The notes: generated from the sequence alone by a model not told the origin. Positions 28,254 to 38,578 are shown, counted from the first letter of the stretch. The stretch is DNA of 64,000 nt from Candidatus Actinomarina sp. (GCA_038147085.1 JAYQSV010000001.1:711214-775213); one strand, 5' to 3'. A program made the numbers and translations.

Positions 28254-29405
28254 TGAAAAGATGTGTACTTTTAATAATTGACTCACTTGGTGTTGGTGAA
28301 GCACCAGATGCAAAAAATTATAATAATATCGGTACAAACACTTTAGGTAACGTTTCTATTGCTAATGATGGTCTTGAACTTCCAACTTTTGGAATATTTA
28401 GGTTTTGGTAAAATAACTCAAGTTAAAGGTATGAAAAGTAGTTTTAACTCCACTGTAGGAAGACTTTCAGAGGTTTCAAAAGGTAATGATTCAACAACTG
28501 GTCACTGGGAAATTGGTGGCTTAGTTACAGAAAAAGATTTCGGAGTTTTTCCTAATGGATTCCCTATTGAATTGATTGAAACTATTGAAAATGAAGGAAA
28601 TTGTAAATTTATAGGAAATAAACACGCTTCTGGAACAGAGATTATCGAAGAGCTTGGTGAACAACATATGAAAACAGGAGAATTAATACTTTACACATCT
28701 GGTGATTCTGTATTTCAAATTGCTGCACATAATGATATATGTAATATTGAAAATCTCTATAAAATTTGCAACATAGCAAGAAAGCATTGTGACAAATACA
28801 ACATAGGAAGGGTAATAGCTCGACCATTTAAAGGTACCTTAGGAAACTTTGTAAGAACTTATGATAGAAAAGACTTTGGTATTAAACCACCAGGTGACAC
28901 GATTTTAAATTTATTATTCGAAAATAATATTTCTACCTATGGAATAGGAAAAATTATGGACTTATTTGGTACGGAATATCTCAGTCAATATGTTCACACT
29001 GAAGGAGACGAACACGGATTAAAACTCTTACTTGAAGAAGTTTTAAATGGTGAGAATCAGTTTATTTTTGTTAATTTAGTTGATTTAGATATGCTCTACG
29101 GACATAGAGAAGATCCTATTGGTTATTATGATGGATTAAAGGTAATTGACTTTCATTTAGAAACAATAATTAAAAATCTAAATGATGATGATCTACTACT
29201 AATTTCTGGTGATCATGGAACGGATCCTACTGATGGAGATACAGATCATTCGAGGGAATACGTACCTCTAATTGCTTATACGAATAATTCTAAGAAAAAT
29301 TATCTAGGTGATTTAATAGGATTTTATAATGTAGGGAAAACTATTGCTGATTATTTCAAAATAGAAAATGAGTTACCTGGTGAAAGTTTTTTATCAAAAA
29401 TATAA
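28253..29405 (+). pseudogene. deoB: phosphopentomutase interrupted by a single-base frameshift in a T4 run (28387-28390)
   Basis: The ATG at 28253 encodes MKRCVLLIIDSLGVGEAPDAKNYNNIGTNTLGNVSIANDGLELPTF and then hits TAA. The rest of DeoB (..EYLGFGKITQVKG...STTGHWEIGG...GDHGTDP) continues in the +1 frame. Removing one T restores LELPTLEYLGFGKI. Confidence 0.85.
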
Positions 29406-29418
29406 GTAAGATTTAGAT

Positions 29419-30243
29419 ATGATAGACAAAATTTCAGAAGCAAAATCATTTATTGAAAGTATTGTCGGAACAAAAAAAATAAATTCTTTAATTGTTCTTG
29501 GTTCAGGTATGAGTGGATTTGAACAAAACTATGAATCAATAGCTCAGATAAACTATTCAGATGTTCCACATTTTTTACAACCTTCAATAGAAGGTCATTC
29601 TGGAAAATTATCATTTGTTCAAATCAATAATCAGATAACTGGAATTATGTCAGGTAGAGCTCACTACTACGAAGGATATCCCATTCAAGATTTAGTGTTG
29701 CCAATTAGAGTATTCAGTTTGCTTGGAGTTAATAAATTAGTTCTTACTAATGCTGCAGGTGGTGTTGCTGATAATTTTGTACCAGGGGACATAGTGGCAA
29801 TAACAGACCACATAAACCTTACTGGGAATAATCCCTTGATTGGTAAGAACTTAAATGAATTTGGTCCAAGATTTCCAGATATGTCAGAAGTTTATTCAAA
29901 AAAATTATTAAAAATAGCAGAGAAAATATCACAAAACAACTTTGAGTACAAAACAGGGATTTACGCTTGGTTTACTGGACCTTCTTATGAAACTCCAGCT
30001 GAAGTTCAATTTGCAAAAAAAATAGGTGCGGATCTTGTTGGAATGTCAACTGTACCTGAGGCTATAGTAGCAAAACATTGTGGTATGGAAATTTCAGCAT
30101 TTTCTCTGGTTACTAATCTTGCAGCAGGCATTAGTAAAAATCCACTTGATCATAATGAAGTAATTGAGATAGCAAATAACTCTAAGATGAAACTTCAAAG
30201 TTTTATGAAAGAATTTTTGATAGCTATTAATTCTGATAAATAA
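29419..30243 (+). CDS. punA: purine nucleoside phosphorylase (trimeric PNP family)
   Basis: GSGMSGF, EGHSGKL, GRAHYYEG, and VGMSTVPE motifs. Confidence 0.9.
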   Translation: MIDKISEAKSFIESIVGTKKINSLIVLGSGMSGFEQNYESIAQINYSDVPHFLQPSIEGHSGKLSFVQINNQITGIMSGRAHYYEGYPIQDLVLPIRVFSLLGVNKLVLTNAAGGVADNFVPGDIVAITDHINLTGNNPLIGKNLNEFGPRFPDMSEVYSKKLLKIAEKISQNNFEYKTGIYAWFTGPSYETPAEVQFAKKIGADLVGMSTVPEAIVAKHCGMEISAFSLVTNLAAGISKNPLDHNEVIEIANNSKMKLQSFMKEFLIAINSDK

Positions 30244-30265
30244 TTTCTTTAATTAAACTGTCAAT

Positions 30266-31018
30266 ATGAAAATTGCAGTTTGTTCTAAACAAATTCCTGA
30301 TCCAGCAAATGAAGTAACTTATGAAAATGGTCTTTTAAAAAGGCCTGATGAACAAGTTCTTGATGATACTGATAGATATGGAATTGAATTAGCTCTTCAA
30401 CTTAAAGAAAAATATGATGCTGAAGTAACAATAATTTCAATGGGTCCTAAAGGCACATTAAAAGGAGTCCAGCAAGCGCTTCAGATGGGGGCTGATAAAG
30501 CTTTAGTTATTTCAGATGAAAGTTTATCTGGAGCAAATGCTTTAATTACAGCTAATGTAATTAGTGAAGTAGCTAAGCTCTCAGAAGCTGATTTAATTAT
30601 TTTTGGTACAGAATCAACAGATGGTTATTCAGGAACAGTACCTCAACAAGTATCTAGATTTTTGAACCTTGATTGTATTTCTTATGTTAAAGCAGTAGAA
30701 ATAAATTCTGAAAAAGTTATTTTAACAAGACAAACCTTAGAAGGTTCTGAGAAAGTTGATATGCCTAATAAATGCGTAATATCAGTCACTGCTGGTGGTG
30801 TGGAACCAAGATATCCTAATTTTAAAGATATTATGGCAGCAAAATCAAAACCTATTGAAGAAGTAAATATAAACGACCTTAATATAACAGCACATCAAAA
30901 TTTAAAATTTCTAGAAATTGAAGAAGTTGAAAATTCAAAAAATGGTCAAAAAATAATTGATGAGGGTGAAGCTTACAATTCCATTATAGAAAAATTGAAA
31001 GAATTAAAAATAATATGA
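30266..31018 (+). CDS. etfB: electron transfer flavoprotein beta subunit
   Basis: MKIAVCSKQIPD N-terminus, 250 aa, 4-nt overlap with etfA. Confidence 0.9.
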   Translation: MKIAVCSKQIPDPANEVTYENGLLKRPDEQVLDDTDRYGIELALQLKEKYDAEVTIISMGPKGTLKGVQQALQMGADKALVISDESLSGANALITANVISEVAKLSEADLIIFGTESTDGYSGTVPQQVSRFLNLDCISYVKAVEINSEKVILTRQTLEGSEKVDMPNKCVISVTAGGVEPRYPNFKDIMAAKSKPIEEVNINDLNITAHQNLKFLEIEEVENSKNGQKIIDEGEAYNSIIEKLKELKII

Positions 31019-31932
31019 AAGCCTTAATAGTTTCTGAGATTGTAGATGGTAAATTAAGTTCTGGTTCATTAGAAATTGTTTCTAAAGCTGAAGAACTAGG
31101 TTTAGAGTATCAATTAATAACTATAGGTTCTGAAGAACAGCCTATTATTGGTTCTAATTCATTTAAACAAACTTATTTAAAAAGATCTCCAAATTCTCTA
31201 CAGTACAATAAAATTGCAGATTATATAAGTAATGTAATTACAAATGAACAAATTAATTTGGTTTTTGGATCTTCAACTTATCAATGCAGAGACATAATTG
31301 CATACTTGTCAGTTGATTTTAATTCAAGCCCCGTATCAAACGTAATAAATTTTTCATTAGAAAATGACAAAGTTATAACTTTAAACTCAATTAATGGAGG
31401 TCAGCAATTATATAAAACTGAAATAGACTCCTCTATTTCCTTTTTACTTATTAGACCAAAATCGTTTGAACCTGCAAACTTCGAATTAAACACAGATTTT
31501 ACAACAATAGAAGTTGAATCTGGCAATTGTAATGTATATGAAATACACAAAGAAGAGAAGGCTGGACCACAACTAGAGGATTCAAAAGTAGTCGTATCAG
31601 CAGGTAGGGGCATGGTGGATGTTGCAAACTTAGAATTAATTAATAAACTCTCAGAAAAACTAAATGCTGCAATTGGAGGCACTAGAGCAATAGTTGATGC
31701 GGGTTGGATGCCCTACTCTCAGCAAGTTGGACAAACAGGAAAAACTGTTAAACCCGATGTTTACATTGCTTGTGGAATCTCTGGTGCTACACAGCATCAA
31801 GTAGGTATGAAAGACTCAAAATTTATTATTGCTATAAATAAAGATGAAGAAGCTCCTATTTTTCAAATTGCTGATCTAGGTATTGTTGGAGATACTTTAA
31901 CTGTTCTACCAAAATTAATTGAAAATATTTAA
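31015..31932 (+). CDS. etfA: electron transfer flavoprotein alpha subunit
   Basis: FAD-binding C-terminal block PDVYIACGISGATQHQVGMKDSKFIIAINKDEEAPIF. Confidence 0.92.
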   Translation: MKALIVSEIVDGKLSSGSLEIVSKAEELGLEYQLITIGSEEQPIIGSNSFKQTYLKRSPNSLQYNKIADYISNVITNEQINLVFGSSTYQCRDIIAYLSVDFNSSPVSNVINFSLENDKVITLNSINGGQQLYKTEIDSSISFLLIRPKSFEPANFELNTDFTTIEVESGNCNVYEIHKEEKAGPQLEDSKVVVSAGRGMVDVANLELINKLSEKLNAAIGGTRAIVDAGWMPYSQQVGQTGKTVKPDVYIACGISGATQHQVGMKDSKFIIAINKDEEAPIFQIADLGIVGDTLTVLPKLIENI

Positions 31933-32312
31933 AATTTAAAATTATAAGGTAAAACTTCTTCAAACTTGTATTCTGTGAAATCTGTTTCACTAACAACTAA
32001 AACTTTTTCTGTATCAAATTCAGCCAATCTTTGTCTTGAAATACCACAAGGGAAAAGAGCTGTATCCGATTTTGCGTCTATACAAGCTACAGCAATAACG
32101 TCAATTTTTTTTTCTCCTTCAGATATTGCTTTAACTACAGCAACATCTTCAGCGCATACAGTTGCAGGATAAGAAGCATTTTCTATATTGCAACCGGTAT
32201 ATACATTTCCAGTATCGGTTATAAGAGCTGCCCCTACTCTAAAGTTTGAATAAGGTGCATAAGCTTTTTTTGCTACTTCTCTTGCTAGACTAGCTAATTC
32301 TTTATTATTCAT
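31929..32312 (-). CDS. cdd: cytidine deaminase (tetrameric type) with altered zinc-ligand set
   Basis: YAPYSNFRVGAAL, NIENASY and CAE are present, but PCGxCRQ reads PCGISRQ (Ser codon at 32047-32049) and CAER reads CAED. Confidence 0.85.
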   Translation of the reverse strand: MNNKELASLAREVAKKAYAPYSNFRVGAALITDTGNVYTGCNIENASYPATVCAEDVAVVKAISEGEKKIDVIAVACIDAKSDTALFPCGISRQRLAEFDTEKVLVVSETDFTEYKFEEVLPYNFKF

Positions 32313-34950
32313 TATTTAGTATGTTTTCAAACTGTTCTTTAGTTTTTGTATATATTCTAGAACCAGAGCCAGGCTCCATAGTTACACCATACAAAACATC
32401 GCCAGCATGCATCGTCTGCTGTTGATGAGTAACAATAATATATTGAGCATCATTTTTAACATGATTTAAAAGATTTATCATTCTATGTAAGTTAGCATCA
32501 TCTAAAGCTGCTTCGACTTCATCTAATATATAAAATGGACTTGGAAAAGATTTAAATATTGAAAATAGTAAAGCTATTGCAGCTAAAGATCTCTCTCCTC
32601 CAGACAGAAGGCTTAATTTTTTAACTTTTTTACCTCTTGGTTGTACTGTAATTTCAATACCAGTGTTTAATATATTATCTTTGTCTGTAAATGATAATTT
32701 ACCATTACCACCTGGAAATAATGTTGAAAATATTTCTTCAAAGTGTACTGATATTGAATTAAATGATGATTCAATTCTAAATATTATTTCTTTTTCAACT
32801 TCTTTAATATTCTCCAAAAGATCTTGTTTGGCTTCATTAAGTTCTTCAATTGTTTTATTAATCTCTTCATATCGTGAATTTAATGATTCAAAATCTTCCA
32901 TTGCTAAATAATTAACTACTCCAATTTCATCAAGTTTTTCATTTAATAATTTAATTTCATTTTCTAACGAATATTGATCAACATTTAGAACATTAAATAA
33001 TGCTATTTGCTCTGAATCTAGATTAAATATATTAGTAAGACTTGAATATATTCTTTGCATATTACTTTGTTTCTCAGATTTGTTAATTATTAAATTTGTC
33101 TTTTTATCTTTTAATTCATAAACTTGTTTATTTAATTGTTCAATTTGATTATCAATCTCAATAATTTTTTTATTTGAATTACCATACTTACTATCAAAAT
33201 ACTCAGATTTACTTTCTAAAGTATATGCTGTACTGTTCGAAAATACTATAAATTCTTTAGAAGCATCAATTATATTTTGTAGGTCTTTTAACCCAGCATC
33301 GTTTGACTCATTTGATAGTTTTCTCTTTTCAAAATTTAACTCATCATTTTGTGTAATTAAAGATTTAATCCTTTCTTGAGATGACGCAAGTTGATTAGAA
33401 ACAGTTGTAATTTCATTCTCAAAAAGTTTTATTTTCTTTTCTAAATCAGACTTATGCTTTAATAGATCAGCTTTAAAATCTTCTTTTTCATTAAGTGAAC
33501 TAAGTAGCTCTAATTTCTTTTCAAGTTCTAAGTTTTTAATTTGGTTTGATTCTTCAAAATATGAAAGCTTTTCATTTGAAGACCTAATTTCTCTTTGAAA
33601 TATTTTATTAGAATGAGATGAATAATTGTTAAGTGAATAACGATCAGTATTGTTTTGGGTGAATTCATTTTCAACTTCACTGAGTAAATTTAAAGACTCT
33701 TCAAAATCTGATTTCCAACTTGATAAATCTTTACTGTACTGTTGAATATTAATATTTAATTCGTTAATTTGTGCTTTAATTGTTGTTACTTCACTTTGTA
33801 ATAAAGCTTCGTTAACTTCTATTGAAGCAGAAGTTTTTTTAATAATATCTTCAAGTGAATTTTTCATTTCTAAGTAAGAATTTTGTAAATTTAATAACTC
33901 ATTTTTTTTACTGATGAGTTGATTAGATAAAGAATTTATTTGATCAGTATTTTGATTAATCTTTTTACTAATTCTGAGAATCTCATCATTTTTGTTTAAT
34001 TCATCCCTTTCAAGATTATCTTTTCTTTCATTAGCTATTTGGGATATTGATCTTAATTGTTCAGATATATTTAAAAACTTACTAGAAGAATCCTTTAAAA
34101 TTGACCCGATTGAAACACCATCACCTAATTCAGAATTTATACTATTTTTTTCAACTTTAAGATTGTTTATATTATTTTCTAATTCATATATTTCTTTATT
34201 AATCTGTATTTCTTGATTAGATAAATTATTTAAAGAGTTTTCAAGTTTCTTATAACTAAAAACATTTAATGTTAAATTTTTACTTTTTAACTGTTCTGTA
34301 AATTCAGAATGAAGCTTCGCTTGTTCTGCTTGGTCTTGTAATGGTTTAAGTTGTTTTTTGATCTCTCTAAGAACATCTTTTGCACGTTTAATTTCTTTTT
34401 CTCCCGATTCAATCCTTTTTAAAGATTTATCATTTTTAATTCTTAAAGGGAGAATTCCAGATGCTTCTTCAATTGTAACTCTATGGTCTTCTGGTTTTGA
34501 ATTTAATATTTCAGCAATTTGACCTTGAGAAATTATTATATGTTGTTGTTTTCCAATACCAACATCACTTAAAAATTCTTGAATATCTAGTAATCTACAA
34601 TTTAAACCATTCATAAAGTATTCAGATGTACCATCTCTAAATAATTTCCTACCAATTGAAATTTCTGTTGTACCGTTGAATTTTTCTGGATCCACTTCAA
34701 AATTTAAATAGACTTCAGCAAAACCTTTTTGAGATAATTTTTCTGTTCCAGCAAAAATGACATCTTCCATTTTATTAGTTCTTAAACTTGCTGGGCTTTG
34801 TGTACCCAATACCCATGAAATTGCATCAACAACATTGGATTTTCCAGAACCATTTGGACCAACTACTACATTAACTTTATCAGTTAAAGAAATATTAGTC
34901 TTTTCAGCAAAAGACTTGAATCCATTAATATCTAATGATTTTAAATACAT
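32305..34950 (-). CDS. smc: chromosome partition protein SMC, unusually short (881 aa), no recognisable hinge
   Basis: Walker A GPNGSGKSNVVDAI at the N-terminus; LSGGERSLAAIALLFSIF...FYILDEVEAALDD at the C-terminus; actinobacterial smc position next to mutM-rnc. The middle 525 aa looks like uninterrupted coiled coil. Confidence 0.88.
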   Translation of the reverse strand: MYLKSLDINGFKSFAEKTNISLTDKVNVVVGPNGSGKSNVVDAISWVLGTQSPASLRTNKMEDVIFAGTEKLSQKGFAEVYLNFEVDPEKFNGTTEISIGRKLFRDGTSEYFMNGLNCRLLDIQEFLSDVGIGKQQHIIISQGQIAEILNSKPEDHRVTIEEASGILPLRIKNDKSLKRIESGEKEIKRAKDVLREIKKQLKPLQDQAEQAKLHSEFTEQLKSKNLTLNVFSYKKLENSLNNLSNQEIQINKEIYELENNINNLKVEKNSINSELGDGVSIGSILKDSSSKFLNISEQLRSISQIANERKDNLERDELNKNDEILRISKKINQNTDQINSLSNQLISKKNELLNLQNSYLEMKNSLEDIIKKTSASIEVNEALLQSEVTTIKAQINELNINIQQYSKDLSSWKSDFEESLNLLSEVENEFTQNNTDRYSLNNYSSHSNKIFQREIRSSNEKLSYFEESNQIKNLELEKKLELLSSLNEKEDFKADLLKHKSDLEKKIKLFENEITTVSNQLASSQERIKSLITQNDELNFEKRKLSNESNDAGLKDLQNIIDASKEFIVFSNSTAYTLESKSEYFDSKYGNSNKKIIEIDNQIEQLNKQVYELKDKKTNLIINKSEKQSNMQRIYSSLTNIFNLDSEQIALFNVLNVDQYSLENEIKLLNEKLDEIGVVNYLAMEDFESLNSRYEEINKTIEELNEAKQDLLENIKEVEKEIIFRIESSFNSISVHFEEIFSTLFPGGNGKLSFTDKDNILNTGIEITVQPRGKKVKKLSLLSGGERSLAAIALLFSIFKSFPSPFYILDEVEAALDDANLHRMINLLNHVKNDAQYIIVTHQQQTMHAGDVLYGVTMEPGSGSRIYTKTKEQFENILNNE

Positions 34951-35014
34951 TTTTACCCTGTTGTTAATTTAATAATAGTTACAAAACTTAAATTTTGTTG
35001 CGATTTAAAAAAAT

Positions 35015-35950
35015 TTATTTAACTTTAATTTTCACGTTTTTTATTTCTTGAGTATTTTTTGAATAAAAATTCTCAAGAAATTGGAAAGGAAGGTTAGATA
35101 TTAAACCTATTTGACTTAAAAAATGAGAAGCTGCTAAATCTACCCCCCTTTTGTTACCATCTAAGCATTTAAATAAATAAGATTCATAATTATTTGTAAA
35201 AAATAATACACCTTCAGCACCAGATTTAGCTAAGACATTGTTGTAACTATGTTTAATAATATTTGTATCTGTTCTGTCGCTACCTCCTATAAGTTCAGGA
35301 TATGAGTTATAAGCATCAAACATTTCGTCCCAAAATTGGGAATAAGAACTATTTTGTAGTTTTGTAACAGCTAAACATAAGTTTTGTGGATTAACTTTCA
35401 AAGCTGGCAAACCGCAACCATCAACACTGTAATTTAATTCATTATCATTAAAAATTTCTTTGAAAAATTCATCTATTTTTACCTGAGTAACATGATTTCT
35501 ATCGGTGTAATTCTTACTGTCAGCACCGAGTAGTTTTGAAAATAGTAACATAGAAAGATGTTTACCGGAACAATTATTGTGTAATGAGTTAAATTCTTTA
35601 TTTAATTGAACTAATGAGTCTGCCGTTTTTTCATGAAAAGGTCTTTGGGGACCGCACAATAAATTATTTATATTTAAATCGTACTTTAAAGCTAATGTTT
35701 GAATTAAATCAGTATGCATAGGTTCTGCTGAATGTGATGATGCAAAAATTGCTATTTCTTCACTGGAAAATTTTATATTTTGATTATGAGCTTCAATTAA
35801 TAAAGGTAATATCTGAAAAGGTTTTACCGCAGATCTTGGATAAACAAAATCGTCGGTTACAGTAGAAACGTCATAGAGATTTACATAATGAACAGATTCA
35901 ATATAATTCTCTCTTTCGATTAAAACTTTTAATTTTTTAACTTTTGACAT
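35015..35950 (-). CDS. asparaginase II family protein
   Basis: NCSGKH, DGCGLP and KSGAEGV motifs typical of the L-asparaginase II family. I chose the ATG at 35950; the ORF is open to a TTG at 35959. Confidence 0.75.
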   Translation of the reverse strand: MSKVKKLKVLIERENYIESVHYVNLYDVSTVTDDFVYPRSAVKPFQILPLLIEAHNQNIKFSSEEIAIFASSHSAEPMHTDLIQTLALKYDLNINNLLCGPQRPFHEKTADSLVQLNKEFNSLHNNCSGKHLSMLLFSKLLGADSKNYTDRNHVTQVKIDEFFKEIFNDNELNYSVDGCGLPALKVNPQNLCLAVTKLQNSSYSQFWDEMFDAYNSYPELIGGSDRTDTNIIKHSYNNVLAKSGAEGVLFFTNNYESYLFKCLDGNKRGVDLAASHFLSQIGLISNLPFQFLENFYSKNTQEIKNVKIKVK

Positions 35951-36732
35951 TTTCCACAAAAATAACTTGATCTTTTATCAATATATATTTTATCAATTTT
36001 AGAATTACACAAAATGCAAATTTCTTTTTGATATACATTTAAAAAATTTTGATTCTTACCAAATTCACCATATGGTAGGTAATAAGTTAAATCATCCAAT
36101 GTAGTGCCATTGTTTTTTACTGCTGATTTTAAAATCTTTTTTATGCTTGTAAAAATCTTTTCCCATTCATCATTGTTTAGATTCACCACTTTTGTATTTG
36201 GATGAATTTTTGATAAAAATAAAATTTCACTACAGTAAATATTTCCTATACCGCTGATAATATTTTGATTTAATAAAAAATTTTTAATTGTTACTTTTTT
36301 GTTTTTCCCAGCTTCAACTATTTGAATTTTTTCTTGTTTTGTAAGCTTTAAAGAGTCCGGACCAAGCTTTTTTAAGTAATGATTTAATTCGGTAGCTTTA
36401 ATTATCTTTATATAACCAAATTTTCTAATGTCTTCATAATTTAATTTATCCTTTTCAAAAGTTAAAGTAGCATGTGAATGCTTTCCTAATTTACTATTAA
36501 GAGTTACTCTTCCAGACATACCTAAATGTATAAAAATAATAAATTTTGAAAAAACAAAATAAAGAATTTTTCCTTTTCGATTAATTGAATTAAGTGTAGA
36601 TCCTAATTTAGGATCTTGTTGATTTAATCTACTTATACGTTTGTCAGATATATTAAATTTAATTAGTTTTTGACCAATTAATACTGGAGCTAAAGACTTT
36701 CTTATAGTTTCTACTTCAGGTAGTTCAGGCAT
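35929..36732 (-). CDS. mutM: formamidopyrimidine-DNA glycosylase
   Basis: MPELPEVE catalytic N-terminus and C-terminal zinc finger C..C...C..C (CILCNS...CGKCQ). Confidence 0.93.
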   Translation of the reverse strand: MPELPEVETIRKSLAPVLIGQKLIKFNISDKRISRLNQQDPKLGSTLNSINRKGKILYFVFSKFIIFIHLGMSGRVTLNSKLGKHSHATLTFEKDKLNYEDIRKFGYIKIIKATELNHYLKKLGPDSLKLTKQEKIQIVEAGKNKKVTIKNFLLNQNIISGIGNIYCSEILFLSKIHPNTKVVNLNNDEWEKIFTSIKKILKSAVKNNGTTLDDLTYYLPYGEFGKNQNFLNVYQKEICILCNSKIDKIYIDKRSSYFCGKCQKLKN

Positions 36733-37402
36733 CTAACTGATTTAGTGCATCTTTAGCAGCTTCTTGCTGAGAACTTTTTTTTGATTTACCTTCACCACTC
36801 CCAATAATATCTTCATTGAGAAAAACATACGATTTGAAACTTTTATCATGGTCAGGACCAAATGCTTCGTCTGTGTATGTCACCTTTTTACCAAACTTTG
36901 CATAATATTCTTGCAATCTAGTTTTGTAATCTTTTTCACCTGGATTCTGTGACAATTCTTTAATTCCAGGATAAATAAATTTAGAAACAAATTTATTTAC
37001 AGCTTCTAAACCACCATCAAAATAAATTGCTGCTATCAATGCCTCAACAGAATCTTCTAAAATAGAGTCTTTTGTTCTTCCACCAGTAGAGTCTTCAGAA
37101 CTACTTAAATATAGATAACTTCCAATATCTATTTTTTTTCCCAACTTTACTAAATTAGTTTGGTTTACAGCACTTGATCTTATTTTGGTAAGCATGCCTT
37201 CGTCAAAATTTGGATAATTAATAAATAAATATTCTGTTAAATCAAAATCTAAAATAGCATCACCAAAGAATTCGTATCTTTGATTTGAAACAAGTTTAGG
37301 ATTTTCATCAAGAAATGATTTATGAGTAAGGGCAATTTTTAAGTAATTAATATTTTTAAATTTATACTCAATATTTTTTTCAAAATTACTTATATCTTTC
37401 AT
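36725..37402 (-). CDS. rnc: ribonuclease III
   Basis: NQRYEFFGDAILD signature and a C-terminal dsRBD (GEGKSKKSSQQEAAKDAL). Confidence 0.94.
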   Translation of the reverse strand: MKDISNFEKNIEYKFKNINYLKIALTHKSFLDENPKLVSNQRYEFFGDAILDFDLTEYLFINYPNFDEGMLTKIRSSAVNQTNLVKLGKKIDIGSYLYLSSSEDSTGGRTKDSILEDSVEALIAAIYFDGGLEAVNKFVSKFIYPGIKELSQNPGEKDYKTRLQEYYAKFGKKVTYTDEAFGPDHDKSFKSYVFLNEDIIGSGEGKSKKSSQQEAAKDALNQLDA

Positions 37403-38370
37403 AAATCTAGAAAAGCAGAGGAAAATTTTGATATAAATTCTTTTCTCAATGCATTATCAGTAAATTTAATTCCATTATAAGTTGCCAATTCATTTGAAGA
37501 ACCATGACCAATAATAACAACACCATTTACTCCCAATAAGTAAGACGCATTTGTATTGTCTGGATTAAGTTTGTCTTTAACAGGTTGTAATGCTTTTTTA
37601 ACAGGTATCAATAATGGTTTAAATAAATTATCCTTTAATGATTTAGAAATAAAATCTAACTGAAGTTTTGCTGTACCTTCCATTGTTTTTAAAACTATAT
37701 TGCCGGTAAATCCATCAGTAATAAAAACATCAACTGAATCTTTAGCAAAATCTCTACCTTCAACATTTCCAACAAAATTTAAAGAACTATTTTGAAGCAT
37801 TTTAAAAGCAGCTTTTTCAACATCTCTACCTTTACTTTCTTCTTCTCCATTATTTAATAAACCTATTCTTGGATTTTCTTTTTCGAATAGAATTTCAAAT
37901 AATTTTGATCCCATTACTGCATATTGATATAAAATTTTAGGTTTTACATCTAAACTCGAACCTGAATCTAGCAATATTACATTTCCATTTGGAGAAGGTA
38001 GCACAGAAGCAACAGATGGTCTTATAACATTCTTTTGTTTACCCAAAACACTTATCGCACTAACTAGAGTTGCTCCAGTTGAACCTGCTGAAAATACCGC
38101 TTGTGCTTTTTTTTCTTCAATGAGCTTCATACAACCAACAATTGAAGAATTTTTCTTAGTTCTAACAGCTTTCAAAGGATCTTCATCCATTGAAATTACT
38201 TCTGGAAAATGATAAACAGGAATTTCATGGTTACCTAAGTACGGATATATTAAGTTTTCATCTCCGCATAGGACTACATTAATGTTATTTTCTTTTGCTT
38301 GGATAGCACCTTTTATTATTTCATTTGGTGCAAAATCGCCACCCATTGCATCTACAGCAATAGTATTCAT
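37399..38370 (-). CDS. plsX: phosphate acyltransferase PlsX
   Basis: IAVDAMGGDFAP N-terminus, 323 aa, next to rpmF. Confidence 0.93.
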   Translation of the reverse strand: MNTIAVDAMGGDFAPNEIIKGAIQAKENNINVVLCGDENLIYPYLGNHEIPVYHFPEVISMDEDPLKAVRTKKNSSIVGCMKLIEEKKAQAVFSAGSTGATLVSAISVLGKQKNVIRPSVASVLPSPNGNVILLDSGSSLDVKPKILYQYAVMGSKLFEILFEKENPRIGLLNNGEEESKGRDVEKAAFKMLQNSSLNFVGNVEGRDFAKDSVDVFITDGFTGNIVLKTMEGTAKLQLDFISKSLKDNLFKPLLIPVKKALQPVKDKLNPDNTNASYLLGVNGVVIIGHGSSNELATYNGIKFTDNALRKEFISKFSSAFLDL

Positions 38371-38377
38371 ATAGAAA

Positions 38378-38560
38378 TTAGCTTACTTTTGGTTCTTTAA
38401 CTTGTCTTCCGTTATAGGTGCCATCTTCAGGGTTAACTCGATGTGATTGTTTAGCAATCCCAGTTTCTGGATCTACAATGAAATGCGGTTTAGAAATTTT
38501 ATGAGTTGCTTTTCTACGTCTAGTTCTAGACTTAGACATTTTTTTCTTAGGTACTGCCAT
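38378..38560 (-). CDS. rpmF: 50S ribosomal protein L32
   Basis: MAVPKKKMSKSRTRRRKATHK. Confidence 0.95.
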   Translation of the reverse strand: MAVPKKKMSKSRTRRRKATHKISKPHFIVDPETGIAKQSHRVNPEDGTYNGRQVKEPKVS

Positions 38561-38578
38561 ACTTAATTTCCTTTCAAA

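Noticed and set aside
28385-28400. Programmed +1 ribosomal frameshift in deoB at ACU-UUU-GGA.
   Set aside because: There is no slow or stop codon in the zero frame, no upstream SD-like stimulator as in prfB, and re-pairing of tRNA-Phe on UUG is poor. A simple indel or homopolymer error is more parsimonious.
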